A DNA stretch of 64,000 bases, taken from Candidatus Obscuribacteraceae bacterium. GTDB lineage: Bacteria; Cyanobacteriota; Vampirovibrionia; Obscuribacterales; Obscuribacteraceae. The position numbers and the translations under genes were made by a program. The stretch lies in assembly GCA_044229845.1 (NCBI GenBank), contig JBGASG010000007.1, positions 192,001 to 256,000 of the forward strand. The letters run 5' to 3'. Under the pieces are notes generated by a model, which saw nothing but the letters and a program-made list of their open reading frames with translations, had not been told where the DNA came from and did no database searches. Positions 9,713 to 19,927 of this stretch are shown one piece after another. How positions within the stretch are numbered: position 1 is the stretch's first letter; the number at the start of each line of letters is the position of its first letter.

Positions 9713-11917
9713 TCAGGCGGCTTTGGCGAGCGTGATGGCGACGGCGTGCTCGGGAGTGTCCGTGAGCAGGCGGCCTTGCACCGAAGCGATTTGCGAATTG
9801 GGAATGCCTTTGCTCTCGGCCAGTTGAGCGGCGTAGGCGGGAGCGACTGCGGCGCTGCGCACTTCGCTGATTCTGCCGAGCGCGGAGATCAGTTGCGCCG
9901 CGAAAATGGGATTGCCGGCGGCGGCTGACAGCAAGCCGGAGATGGAAGTGAAGGCATTGTCCAGGTCGGCGATGTCGGACATGCGCACTGTGCGGCTGAG
10001 CACTTTGCCGTAAATGGAGTCGGCGTTTTTGGTGGCGGCTTGAATCTGGCTCTGGGCTTTTTCGAGGGTGAAGCCGGCGCCTGACGATCCGCTCACCGAA
10101 GATTCGAAATGCGCCGAAGCGTGCCAGTTGCCCGAGGTGACATTGCCGTTGGCGTCGATGTGTGTTTGTTTGTCGAAGTCGGCAGAACCGTCGGCTCTCA
10201 GGGTCGGGCCCTTGCCGTGGTCCATGGTGATGGTGCCTTGCTCGTCAATCTTGGTACCGGTGACGGTGTTTTCGATTGTTTCGGGCGTCATCTTGAACTC
10301 GGGAGTAACCAGAGTCTTGCCGTCCCAGGTGGTGTGTCCCAGTGCCGGATCTTCAATGGCCAGCTTGTCGCCGTCGATCGTGGTGGTGCCGTTGGCGGTG
10401 GTGACTTTGGGAGCGTTCGGATTGTCGCGGTTGACTTCGGCTTGTGTGGTGCCGTCGGCTGCTTTCACAATCAAGTTGCCGCTGGCGAACATCTGGATGC
10501 CTTTGATGGTGACGTTGCCGGTGGCTTCGTCGATGTTGGACTGGTCCATGTCTTCCAGTTGCTTGGTGAATTTCACCCAGGCTTCTTTGGCGGCATCATC
10601 GGCTTCGACGAACTGGCCGTCGACCATGACCAGCAGCTTGCCGGCGGAAGTGAGCAAGAAGACTTTGTCATCATCGCCGTCTTTGCGAGTGCGGAAGATA
10701 ACGTTGCCGTCGTTGAGTTTTTCAACACGCAGGCGCTTGGTGATGGCGATCGTCATGTCGCCTGCGACCATCATGGAGAGGGCGTTGGCCGGACCTTTGT
10801 CGACTTCATCTTCCATCTTGCGGGCGGCATCTTGGATCGCGACAGTCGGTTCCAGGATGTGCAGGATGGTGTTGTTTTCGAGGTGCTCGGTAATGCCTTC
10901 GCGTGTCATTTCTCTGAGCAGTCTGCCGGTGGCTTGATCGAACACCTTGAGAGTGCCCGACTCACTGCCTCTGTACACTTTGCCTTCTTTGGTCAAGAAC
11001 GTGCCTTGAGCATCTTTGCCCCAGGTGCCTTGCGGGCTTTCGACTTTGGAAACGCCGCCTTCGACGGTGGCTGTTTCGCCGTTGTGGTTGGCTACGGTCT
11101 TGCCTTTTTCGGCAGTGATATCTGAGGTGGTGCCGTCTTTGTTCTTGCGAATGACAGTGACTTTACCGTCGACAACTTTGACTTCAACCGTTCTGCCTTC
11201 TTCGTCAATATAGGTATGGTCTTTGACTTGATCGGTGGCATTGGCGTCGGTGCCGGAGGTTCTTTGTACTGGCGCATCGGCTTTGCCGCTGAGGATGTCC
11301 CACTCGTTCTGCGTCAATTTGACTGTTTCTTTCGGGGCCTGGCAGGAGCCGCCTTCGCCGTTCGGGTAGGGGCTGGAGAAAACCAGACAGCCATCTGCAT
11401 CGACGGGATTGGCTGCCGGCGTGGCGGGCTTGTCGGTCGGCAAAGTGGAGGTGGTGCCGCCGTTTTTCGTTTCATAGGCATGCAGTGCGGCGTAGACGGC
11501 GTCACCGGAATTTCCGTTGCCGGCGGCCAGACCTTTGCCTTCTACTTTAGTAAAGCTGAACGAACCGTCCATGCTCTTGTAGGTCGCGTAGCCAATGCCG
11601 ACGATCGGGTTGACTGCGGCAAGAGCCAGAACATCAATGTTCTGGACGACGGTTTTGGCGGCCACTTTCAACGAGTCGGGAACGTAGGCGCCGACAGCAG
11701 TGGTGATGGAGGTGGCGGTCGGAAGAACGTCTTTGGTGAAGATGTTGGTCGCTGTGTTGACCAGCGCATCTTTTGTAGAGACGGCAATGTCTTTGGCGGT
11801 GGTCAGAGCTTCCGTAGCCATTTTGACGGGAGCGCTTTCCGTTACGGCATCTGCGACGGCGTTGAAGCCTTCGACCGCTTTATCCTTCAGGTTAGTAACG
11901 AAGTCGCCGAATCCCAT
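9713..11917 (-). CDS. Large Thr/Gly/Asp-rich hypothetical protein
   Basis: 734-aa ORF with many short beta-hairpin-like DG(K/T) turns; no family recognised. Confidence 0.8.
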   Translation of the reverse strand: MGFGDFVTNLKDKAVEGFNAVADAVTESAPVKMATEALTTAKDIAVSTKDALVNTATNIFTKDVLPTATSITTAVGAYVPDSLKVAAKTVVQNIDVLALAAVNPIVGIGYATYKSMDGSFSFTKVEGKGLAAGNGNSGDAVYAALHAYETKNGGTTSTLPTDKPATPAANPVDADGCLVFSSPYPNGEGGSCQAPKETVKLTQNEWDILSGKADAPVQRTSGTDANATDQVKDHTYIDEEGRTVEVKVVDGKVTVIRKNKDGTTSDITAEKGKTVANHNGETATVEGGVSKVESPQGTWGKDAQGTFLTKEGKVYRGSESGTLKVFDQATGRLLREMTREGITEHLENNTILHILEPTVAIQDAARKMEDEVDKGPANALSMMVAGDMTIAITKRLRVEKLNDGNVIFRTRKDGDDDKVFLLTSAGKLLVMVDGQFVEADDAAKEAWVKFTKQLEDMDQSNIDEATGNVTIKGIQMFASGNLIVKAADGTTQAEVNRDNPNAPKVTTANGTTTIDGDKLAIEDPALGHTTWDGKTLVTPEFKMTPETIENTVTGTKIDEQGTITMDHGKGPTLRADGSADFDKQTHIDANGNVTSGNWHASAHFESSVSGSSGAGFTLEKAQSQIQAATKNADSIYGKVLSRTVRMSDIADLDNAFTSISGLLSAAAGNPIFAAQLISALGRISEVRSAAVAPAYAAQLAESKGIPNSQIASVQGRLLTDTPEHAVAITLAKAA

Positions 11918-12240
11918 GATTCAAAAAAACCGCTTAGTGCTTTGCCCCAGGTGTGTGTATCCTCGGACCTGCGGAATTGGACACCTCTTGATAACAAAAA
12001 CAGCTTAAAGACCTGTTAAATAGCACCCAAAATTGCCGGCAAACTGAGGCACTCCAACCACCAGCCTGCCCTCACCGCTGGAGTGGACAAGAACTCGAAA
12101 GGCTATCCAGGAACTCGTTTCGCGTTGCTGGCTGGAGGCAGAGAACGGCTCCGAATGATTTAAATGTCGCCATGTGTAGAAGTCTGCTGTATAAGGGATC
12201 CAGTTTGTAGAATATATTTATTAGCGGAATTTCATCAAAG

Positions 12241-13356
12241 ATGAGTACCAGATCAAAAGGCGAATCGGCAGAGCCGGCATCCGACGAAGGGAAATACCCC
12301 GGGCGTTGGTGGCACGAGGTTGCCGACGACAAGATATTCTGCGACCTTTGTCCGCGTGCCTGTGTGCTGAAAGATGGCGACCGCGGTTTTTGCTTTGTGC
12401 GCAAGAACGAAGGCGGGCGGATGGTTCTCACCACTTATGGCAAAAGCACCGGGTTTTGCATCGATCCCATCGAGAAGAAACCGCTCAATCACTTCTTGCC
12501 GGGCTCCAGCGTCCTCTCGTTTGGCACTGCCGGTTGCAACCTGGGCTGCCAGTTCTGTCAGAACTGGTCGATCAGCAAGTCACGCGAGATCGAGCTGCTC
12601 AGCGAACAGGCGACGCCCGAAGACATTGCCGCGGCGGCTGTGCGCATGGGATGCAAAAGCGTAGCATTCACCTACAACGACCCGGTTATCTGGGCTGAGT
12701 ATGCCATCGACACAGCCAAAGCCTGCCACGAGCGCGGAGTGAAGGCGGTGGCGGTGACCGCTGGTTACATCATGCCGGAGGCGCGCCGCGAATTTTATTC
12801 GGTTATGGACGCGGCCAATGTCGATTTGAAGGCTTTCACGCAAGAGTTCTACAAGCATCTGACGCTTTCTGCGCTGGAGCCTGTGCTCGACACTCTCAAG
12901 TGGCTCAAGCAAGAAACCGATGTCTGGTTCGAGATAACCAACTTGATGATTCCGCAAGCCAACGACTCCGAGGACGAAATCGCCCGTATGTGCGATTGGA
13001 TTTTGAACAACCTGGGGACCGATGTGCCTTTGCATTTCACCGCCTTCCATCCGGATTTTCGTCTTCAGGACCGACCGGCAACACCGGCGCAAACGCTTTT
13101 GCGAGCCCGCAAACAGGCGCTGGATGCCGGACTCAAGTATGTCTATTCCGGCAACATTCACGATCCGCGGACGCAGGCAACCTATTGTGCCGGGTGCGGC
13201 CAGTGTTTGATTGCGCGTGACTGGTTCCAGTTGGGCGAGTACAATCTCACAGGTAGCCATTGCCGCTTCTGCAATATGGAACTGCCTGGACGGTTCGAAG
13301 AAGCAGGCAAGGGAGACTGGGGACGCAAACGCATTCCGGTAACCTTCAAAACATGA
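12241..13356 (+). CDS. amrS: AmmeMemoRadiSam system radical SAM enzyme
   Basis: CDLCPRAC...GFCFVR, DPIEKKPLNHF, GCNLGCQFCQNW (CxxxCxxC), AFTYNDP and C-terminal CxxC pairs. Confidence 0.9.
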   Translation: MSTRSKGESAEPASDEGKYPGRWWHEVADDKIFCDLCPRACVLKDGDRGFCFVRKNEGGRMVLTTYGKSTGFCIDPIEKKPLNHFLPGSSVLSFGTAGCNLGCQFCQNWSISKSREIELLSEQATPEDIAAAAVRMGCKSVAFTYNDPVIWAEYAIDTAKACHERGVKAVAVTAGYIMPEARREFYSVMDAANVDLKAFTQEFYKHLTLSALEPVLDTLKWLKQETDVWFEITNLMIPQANDSEDEIARMCDWILNNLGTDVPLHFTAFHPDFRLQDRPATPAQTLLRARKQALDAGLKYVYSGNIHDPRTQATYCAGCGQCLIARDWFQLGEYNLTGSHCRFCNMELPGRFEEAGKGDWGRKRIPVTFKT

Positions 13357-13544
13357 TTGGTATAGCCGTCGATCGACTTCTGATGCTCCTTGTCGGGGTC
13401 ACATTTCTGGGCGGCGGTCTGTGGATCGCAAAAAGCGCGCTCGATTCGAAGAACCTCATGGAGACATCAATCTTCGGACTGATGGTCGTGGCCACCGGGC
13501 TCTTCTTAATCGTGGCCGCCATTGCCGGGCCGCCGGACCAATAG
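13353..13544 (+). CDS. Small two-TM membrane protein
   Basis: ATG overlaps the amrS stop (ATGA); 63 aa with two hydrophobic stretches. Confidence 0.65.
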   Translation: MIGIAVDRLLMLLVGVTFLGGGLWIAKSALDSKNLMETSIFGLMVVATGLFLIVAAIAGPPDQ

Positions 13545-13936
13545 CCCAACTTATGCGCCGTACCAAAAAGCCGGCGCTATTGTGATACCACATACGGTGT
13601 GAAGCGACGAGATTTGGCTTTTCTGCAATTGCGGCACGCTGATAGGGCAGCCGCATTAGCTGAGCGCCGTCTCAGCTTGGCACTGCGTAAATCCACAGTT
13701 AATCAGTGTGCGTCAATGCCTGCAAAACGGATTAGACACGACCCATAATCGAATCATGCTCACTGATACAGCCAAGGGGCAACAGATTACGCGCAGCGGG
13801 GAACAGCGCGGATCCAGCCAGCCCCCGATCCTCCTCGGGGGCTGAGTCTGGACGAAGTTTCCAAAATGTAGAGACGCCCTTCAGATGCTATATTACGCGG
13901 AAAATTACGCGCAATTTGTCTGTCGGAGGCGTAGAG

Positions 13937-14683
13937 ATGCAAGGTTCAAATCGCGGGACTGGTCTGTTTTTGGTTTCCGCACTGGCGCTGTCCTTCGCGC
14001 TAGCGGCGCTGCCGCTTCCCGTCAACGCTGCAGAAACTCCGGATGCGGCGGCCAACCTGGGCTCCGGACGGGCAGGTTTCTGGACCAAGGGCACGCAAGG
14101 GTCGCCTTCTCTGAAACAGGCCGAGAAGAAACTGGCGCAAAATCCCAAAGATGCAGTCGCCAACAACGACCTGGGTTGGGCATATCGTCAGTCCGGCGAT
14201 CTGGACAAAGCAATTAAGTATCTGCAAGAAGCTATCAAGCTCAAAGAAGATCTGGCTCAGGCTCACAGCAACTTGAGCGTGGCCTACTTTGATAAGAAAC
14301 AAACGGCTGAAGCGCTTACCGAAGCTCGGCGCGCGGTCGCGCTCGACCCCAAGAACGCAGTCTATCTACTCGTATTGGGCAATGCGCTGGATCAAAACGG
14401 TGAAACCAACGATGCCATCGAGTCATACAAAGCGGCATTGAAATTGCGTCCCGATTACGAGAACGCGCTTTATCATCTGGGACGGATTCTGACGTCGCAG
14501 GGCAATACCAGCGAAGCCAGCATGATCCTGGCGGAAGCGCTGAAGCTGGACCCGGACGATGAGCGTGTCATGGCTTTGCTTGACCCGATGGTGGCAGAGG
14601 GCGCCGGTGGCGCCGGCACCGCCGACGGTGGCAAGAAAAAGAGCAAATCCTCCGCTTCGTCGTCTACCAAGAAAGAGCAGTAA
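13937..14683 (+). CDS. Exported TPR-repeat protein
   Basis: Signal peptide ending in VNA-A; repeats such as NNDLGWAY, HSNLSVAY and LYHLGRIL; GGAGG ribosome-binding site. Confidence 0.88.
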   Translation: MQGSNRGTGLFLVSALALSFALAALPLPVNAAETPDAAANLGSGRAGFWTKGTQGSPSLKQAEKKLAQNPKDAVANNDLGWAYRQSGDLDKAIKYLQEAIKLKEDLAQAHSNLSVAYFDKKQTAEALTEARRAVALDPKNAVYLLVLGNALDQNGETNDAIESYKAALKLRPDYENALYHLGRILTSQGNTSEASMILAEALKLDPDDERVMALLDPMVAEGAGGAGTADGGKKKSKSSASSSTKKEQ

Positions 14684-15356
14684 TGCGGTTGTAATTCAAC
14701 TGAGGAACGACGACAAATTCGCCGTCGCCCAGTTCGCGCCGGTTTACTGTTTCGATTTCCAGATTGGGCAATTTTGGTTTCTGACGATTGCTCTCATGCT
14801 CGCTGACCAGGTGTTGCGTGCGGGCGATGAACTGGTTTCTTTCTTCATCTTGCATGACCAGTGCGCCTGAGATTAAGGCTTCGGCAGCGGTGCGCGCCTC
14901 ATTGATGCAGGTGGCGGCTCGCATCGCTACTTCGCTGGAGCCGTGAATGAGAAAGGACGCCAGGTTTTGAACAGTCTTCTCCAGCTGGGCATTGGCCAGC
15001 GGAATGGTACCGGCCAGTCCCTGGAAGGCTGTCGCGCAAAGCCGGTTGCGGTCTGCCTCAACAGCGCCGCTGTCAGCGCCGTTGCCTGACTGAATCGCCA
15101 GCGGTGGTGCGATGTCTTTGTTGCGAGCCGCAGTCATCTTCTGCAGCTCCTTGAGCACCGTCTCGAAGTTGGACGCCGTCAAACGAATCAGATCTTGCTG
15201 TAAGACCTTGGCTTGATCGGTAGACTTTTCTTTCTCCGAAGACTCTTCACTTTGATCTGTTTTAGGTTTTGATCCTGTTGCAGAAGTGTCTTTTGATTTC
15301 TCTGTATCTGCTGCGGAAGAGAGAGACTTTTCGGCGGCAGCGCTCGCTTCGGACAT
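14664..15356 (-). CDS. Hypothetical protein with Ser/Glu/Lys-rich N-terminus
   Basis: 230-aa ORF with GGAGG upstream. Confidence 0.7.
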   Translation of the reverse strand: MSEASAAAEKSLSSAADTEKSKDTSATGSKPKTDQSEESSEKEKSTDQAKVLQQDLIRLTASNFETVLKELQKMTAARNKDIAPPLAIQSGNGADSGAVEADRNRLCATAFQGLAGTIPLANAQLEKTVQNLASFLIHGSSEVAMRAATCINEARTAAEALISGALVMQDEERNQFIARTQHLVSEHESNRQKPKLPNLEIETVNRRELGDGEFVVVPQLNYNRITALSW

Positions 15357-15603
15357 GCGCGGAGACCTCCACAGTGTGGTGGCCAGCCCCTGTATCGAAC
15401 CCCTGGGCTAATTATTAATTCGTGCGCGCGTAGCGTCAATCATAGAACCACGTATGAGTGCGGCATTCAGAGTTAGCGCCAACCTGTGATAGCGGCGATC
15501 GGTTTCGTAATTCCACGCTATGCAATTTCCGCACGGTGCTTAGAATCACATTAAGCCCACGTGAAAACTCATAGAGCATCCCCGCTCGAGAAGGCATTGA
15601 CTC

Positions 15604-16824
15604 ATGTCGTTGCAGTTCGAAAGCGCAGCCGCAATAGCAGCTGGCGAAAGACCTCTGGACAATCCCAAACTGCGTTTGACGCAGGCAGCCGAGACTGCAG
15701 CTAATGAGACATTTTTCGACCACGTCTACAATTTCGGCAAGAACGCCGTTACCAACCCGAGCAGCGCTGAAGCCGGCATTGCTCTGATCACCGGGACCGC
15801 CATCGTCGGCAGCATTCTCGCTTACCGCCAGCGCCTGGCCGGAATGGCTGTGAAAGAGCTTGCCGGAGGCGTATTGCCCGAAGCCTCGACGCTGATGCCC
15901 GGACTGACGACGCGCCGCTTTATGTCGGAAGGTGTGGCGCGGGAGTACTCGGTGTATGTGCCCAGCACCATCAAGGGGCTGGGAAAAAGTGAAACGTCAC
16001 CGGTGCTCATGGCTCTGGATGGGTTGACCGTGCGTAACCCGGCCGGCAGCATGGGCACTGTCAATGGATTGAATGCATTAGCCGAGAAAGAGGGATTCAT
16101 CGCTGTCTATCCCAGACCGCAAACGCGCATTCTCGGGCAGATATCAGCGTGGAACCCTGGACTTTTGAATCCCAATGCAGCTTACAGCGATTCGAAGTAT
16201 CTGCTAGGTGTGTTGGATGATCTGGGCAAGACGGGCTTGCCAATTGATTCCAGGCAGGTGTACGGTGCCACTTTCTCAGAGGGCGCCATAGCTCTTAATC
16301 AGGCGGCGCAATCGGGTCGCTTTGCCGGAGTGTTCAACATGTCGGGAACGATGCTGAAGAGCGAAGCACCGGCGGTCGGCGTCAAGCAGAACATCGTCGT
16401 GCGCGGCGAACTGGATCCGACACTGCCGGCTATTGGCGGAGCTGGTCCCAACAGCAGCATTCTGACGCGGTTGGGTCACAATCGCATTCTGGAATCGGAG
16501 CCTGCCCAGCATGCGTGGCGCCTGGCTGAAGCCAATGGATTCAAGGGCGCTCCAAAAGTGATCGAACACCCTTACCTCCGGGAGACGATCTATCCTGGCG
16601 CTCAGACGGCAACTGGTGCCGAGGTCAAAGAATACGTGATCAAAGCGCCGTATGGCGGGCACTCCTGGGCGGGTCGGGCAGCCGGGGACGGCACTGAATC
16701 TGCGGTTTCCGGGCGCAACGGGCCGCTCACTCCGGGTTCGGTTTTCGACGCTAATTCCAAAATCGCTGAAATGATTCGGCAGGGCAAGCTGGCTATCGAG
16801 CGCGATCTGCGGCCATTGCGGTGA
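15604..16824 (+). CDS. Alpha/beta-hydrolase, LpqC/PHB-depolymerase-like esterase with an N-terminal extension
   Basis: REYSVYVP, LAEKEGFIAVYP, AWN, candidate nucleophile in TFSEG, GELD and GGHSW. Confidence 0.75.
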   Translation: MSLQFESAAAIAAGERPLDNPKLRLTQAAETAANETFFDHVYNFGKNAVTNPSSAEAGIALITGTAIVGSILAYRQRLAGMAVKELAGGVLPEASTLMPGLTTRRFMSEGVAREYSVYVPSTIKGLGKSETSPVLMALDGLTVRNPAGSMGTVNGLNALAEKEGFIAVYPRPQTRILGQISAWNPGLLNPNAAYSDSKYLLGVLDDLGKTGLPIDSRQVYGATFSEGAIALNQAAQSGRFAGVFNMSGTMLKSEAPAVGVKQNIVVRGELDPTLPAIGGAGPNSSILTRLGHNRILESEPAQHAWRLAEANGFKGAPKVIEHPYLRETIYPGAQTATGAEVKEYVIKAPYGGHSWAGRAAGDGTESAVSGRNGPLTPGSVFDANSKIAEMIRQGKLAIERDLRPLR

Positions 16825-16856
16825 AACTGAGCGGTATCGCCCGTGATGGCAATGAA

Positions 16857-16880
16857 AAAGGCTGCCGGAAGGCAGCCTTT
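16857..16880. terminator. Bidirectional intrinsic terminator
   Basis: AAAGGCTGCC-GGAA-GGCAGCCTTT between convergent genes. Confidence 0.8.
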
Positions 16881-16907
16881 GGCGGATGGGACACTTTATA
16901 TAATTGA

Positions 16908-17174
16908 TCAGTGGGCGCGGCCGGGAATCACTTCCTCGCGCACATAGAATTGTTCGAACTCGTCCAGCCATTGCGTCGGCACTTGCACAGAGTCGCGTCT
17001 TTCTAAAAGAGCCAGTTCTTTTAGATCCCAGAGGTAGCTGAAGCGTCCCCAGTAGGTCTGCGCTTGCGGACGAACGCGCAGTACGTCATAGAGCTTATTC
17101 AACTTATCCCGCAGAAGTTCGGTCTTGACGGTCATCAAATCAATGCTGCGCACAGCAGTATTAGCGAAGCTCAC
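16908..17174 (-). CDS. Small hypothetical protein
   Basis: 88-aa ORF; GTG start preceded by GGGAGA; ends at the terminator. Confidence 0.6.
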   Translation of the reverse strand: MSFANTAVRSIDLMTVKTELLRDKLNKLYDVLRVRPQAQTYWGRFSYLWDLKELALLERRDSVQVPTQWLDEFEQFYVREEVIPGRAH

Positions 17175-17458
17175 GGGTGTGTCTCCCTGGAGAAGATATC
17201 CTTGTGCTTCTTATATTCCCGCTCTCCTGCTCAGCTAAAACATAAAATTTAGTTTTCAAGAGGGAAGCGATTCCGTCCCTGTGCCGCGCCACCACAGGTG
17301 GTGCATGGCCGCGAGCGGGCAAGAGCGCCGCCGGCATGCTTTGCGAGCGGAGGGCTAGGTTCTGGGGGCAGGGAAATAGGACTTATATCAACATAAGTGG
17401 GCGCACCGGAGGCGCGCCCTTCATGCATTCCGAATTTTGAGGCGAAATCTGTTGATTT

Positions 17459-17632
17459 CTAGGAACGCCGTTTACGTGCGGCTTCCGCTTTGCGTTTGCG
17501 CTTGACGCTGGGCTTCTCGTAGCGCTCACGGCGCTTGATCTCGGACAAGATGCCAGCCTTTTGGATTTTTTTCTTGAAACGCTTGAGCGCGGCTTCGATG
17601 CTCTCGCCTTCTGCTACTCTGACCTCGGACAA
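17459..17632 (-). CDS. rpsU: 30S ribosomal protein S21
   Basis: [20 protein letters not shown]...[14 protein letters not shown] start after GAGGAGG. Confidence 0.95.
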   Translation of the reverse strand: MSEVRVAEGESIEAALKRFKKKIQKAGILSEIKRRERYEKPSVKRKRKAEAARKRRS

Positions 17633-17788
17633 GGATGATCCTCCTCTGCAATGCAGACAATATATCCAGAATATAATTCGGAATGCTAATCTTAGCACCC
17701 GCTTCCCGGGCTCACAAGCCTGAAAAGCCCATGGACGGTCAATCTTGACCGTTTTTATTAGAGAAGGGCTTTATCTTTATATAAACGT

Positions 17789-17813
17789 AGGGGCGGCCGT
17801 CCAGGCCGCCCCT
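17789..17813 (-). terminator. Hairpin downstream of the EF-G-like gene
   Basis: AGGGGCGGCC-5nt-GGCCGCCCCT, followed by an AT-rich tract on the minus strand. Confidence 0.65.
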
Positions 17814-17839
17814 GTTGATTTCCTAAATCCCTGCCTGGG

Positions 17840-19927
17840 TTAGGCTTCAGCGGCTGCTGCCGTGGCCTGGGCTTGCAACTCCTTGGAGAGTTCCGGCGGT
17901 ACCTGAGCCAGGTGCGAGAACTTCCAGGTGTAATAGCCAAGACCCTGGGTGAGGGTGCGCAGTTCGATGATGTAGTCCCACAGTTCGCCTTGCGGAATGT
18001 TGGCGGTGACGGCATCCCAGCCCTGACGGTCGGGGTTGGGACCGTATCCAAGAATTTGTCCGCGGCGGCCGTTCAGCTGGCTGAGCACGCCCGAGGTGTA
18101 GCTGCTCGGAATGTGTACCGTCACTTCCGTGATCGGTTCCAGGATGAACGGATGGGCTTTGCCGAGTCCGTCGCGCATGCCCATGATGGCAGCGGTCCGG
18201 AACGACATTTCATCGGAGTCGACGTCGTGGTAGGAGCCGTCAAACAGATTGACGTGCACATCGACCACCGGATAGCCGGCCAGCGGTCCGCGGTTAAGCG
18301 CTTCCATGGCACCTTTTTCAACGCCCGGAATGAAGTTGCGCGGCACCGAGCCGCCGACGACGCTTTCGCTGAACTTGTTGCCTTCACCACGCGGCTGCGG
18401 TTCGATCTTGAAGTAGACTTCGCCGAACTGACCGCGACCGCCTGTTTGTTTCTTGTGGCGGCCGTGGGCGGAATCCACTTTGCCCATGATCGTTTCTTTG
18501 TATGCGATCTTGGGACGCTTCGCTTCCAGCTGGATGTTGTACTTGCGTTCAAGCCGTTGGCGAGCCAGGGTGAGGTGCATTTCGCCCTGTCCGTAAAGGC
18601 AGTATTCATGAGTGTCCGGGTCGCGGTCTACGACGAGCAGCGGATCTTCTTCGACAATCTTGGCGAGAAGAGTGGAGAGTTTTGCTTCGTCGTTTCTGTT
18701 CTTGGGTGCGATGGCCAGCGAGTACAGGGGCGGAGGCTCGTCGGCTTGCGCCATAATGGTGGTTTCTTTTTCCGACACCAGAGTGTCGCCGGTGCGGGGC
18801 GTTTCCATACGCGCAATGGCGACGATGGCGCCGGGACCAGCGGACGGCATAGTTTCTTGTTTCTTACCCAGCATCCAGTAGAGACCGCCGATGCGTTCTT
18901 TGCTGCCACCGCGCGTGGTATCAACTAAGTTGGTGTCGCCGGTGATGGTACCGGTCAAAACTCTCGCCAACGAGAGTTTTCCGGATTGCGGGTTGACGAA
19001 AGTCTTGATCACCTGGGCGACGACCGGTCCGTCTTCCTTGACGGTGATCACTTTGCCGTCTTTGTCTTTGTATTCGCGGTCCAGCGGCGACGGGCAAAGT
19101 GTGATGATGGCATCGAGCAGCGAGAAAACGCCGGCATCGGTTTGAGCTGAGCCGACCAGAATCGGAACAAAGGTGCCGGCTTGGACGGCGGCCTTCAAGT
19201 CTTTCTCGAGCATGTCTTGCGGCGGATCTTTTCCTTCCACAACCATTTCGAACAAAGCGTCGTCTGTGTCGGCGAGCGACTCGATCAGTTTCTCTCTGGA
19301 GTTGTCGACGTCGCTTTGCAGTTCACCCGGTACTTCTGATTTTTCTGGTTTGCCTTGGGCGCCGTAAGTGAATGCTTCTTTCTTCAGTACATCTACATAG
19401 CCGCTGATACCGTTGGCACCGATGATCGGATAGTGCATGGGGGCCAGCGGACGGGGTGTCTTCGTCCCCGGCATGTCCTTCAAAACTTGCAGGGTGGCGG
19501 GAAAGTCAACGTCGGGTTTGTCGAGCTTGTTGACGAATACAAGGCGTGCCACGCCGATTTTTTCTGTGAATCTCAGCAAGCTGTCCATCTGAATCAAGCG
19601 TGCCGGATCCGGTTCGACAACGAACACTGCCGTGTCGACACCCATGAGTGCCAGCTTTGCTTCTTCGACGAAGTCGATGAAACCGGGACAGTCGATGATG
19701 TTGAAAGTAACTCCATTGTAGGTCGTACGCGCCATCGAGGCGGAGGTGGACATCTGCCGAGCTACTGCTTCAGGTTCCCAGTCGGTGGTGGTGCTGCCGT
19801 CCTGTACCTTGCCCCGTCGAGAAATGGATCCGGTCAGGTGAAGAATCGCTTCGCACAGCGAGGTCTTCCCGCTTCTGTTGATACCGATGATTGCTACGTT
19901 GCGAATTTGACTTGCGGAACTAGCCAC
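17840..19927 (-). CDS. Elongation factor G paralogue (EF-G2-like)
   Basis: GINRSGKTS, IDCPGFIDF, NKLD, GQGEMHL, KKQTGGRGQFG and DGSYHDVDSDEMSF; GTG 19927 follows AGGAG. Confidence 0.92.
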   Translation of the reverse strand: MASSASQIRNVAIIGINRSGKTSLCEAILHLTGSISRRGKVQDGSTTTDWEPEAVARQMSTSASMARTTYNGVTFNIIDCPGFIDFVEEAKLALMGVDTAVFVVEPDPARLIQMDSLLRFTEKIGVARLVFVNKLDKPDVDFPATLQVLKDMPGTKTPRPLAPMHYPIIGANGISGYVDVLKKEAFTYGAQGKPEKSEVPGELQSDVDNSREKLIESLADTDDALFEMVVEGKDPPQDMLEKDLKAAVQAGTFVPILVGSAQTDAGVFSLLDAIITLCPSPLDREYKDKDGKVITVKEDGPVVAQVIKTFVNPQSGKLSLARVLTGTITGDTNLVDTTRGGSKERIGGLYWMLGKKQETMPSAGPGAIVAIARMETPRTGDTLVSEKETTIMAQADEPPPLYSLAIAPKNRNDEAKLSTLLAKIVEEDPLLVVDRDPDTHEYCLYGQGEMHLTLARQRLERKYNIQLEAKRPKIAYKETIMGKVDSAHGRHKKQTGGRGQFGEVYFKIEPQPRGEGNKFSESVVGGSVPRNFIPGVEKGAMEALNRGPLAGYPVVDVHVNLFDGSYHDVDSDEMSFRTAAIMGMRDGLGKAHPFILEPITEVTVHIPSSYTSGVLSQLNGRRGQILGYGPNPDRQGWDAVTANIPQGELWDYIIELRTLTQGLGYYTWKFSHLAQVPPELSKELQAQATAAAAEA

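Noticed and set aside
10068..12019. Long plus-strand ORFs (289, 338 and 267 aa)
   Set aside because: Antisense shadows of the codon-biased gene at 9713..11917.
12241..13356. Radical SAM gene as part of a RiPP or novel biosynthetic cluster
   Set aside because: It matches the widespread AmmeMemoRadiSam enzyme, and no precursor peptide or tailoring genes are adjacent.
17873..18928. 351-aa plus-strand ORF
   Set aside because: Antisense shadow of the EF-G paralogue; the same applies to ORFs opposite murA, mdh and rluD.
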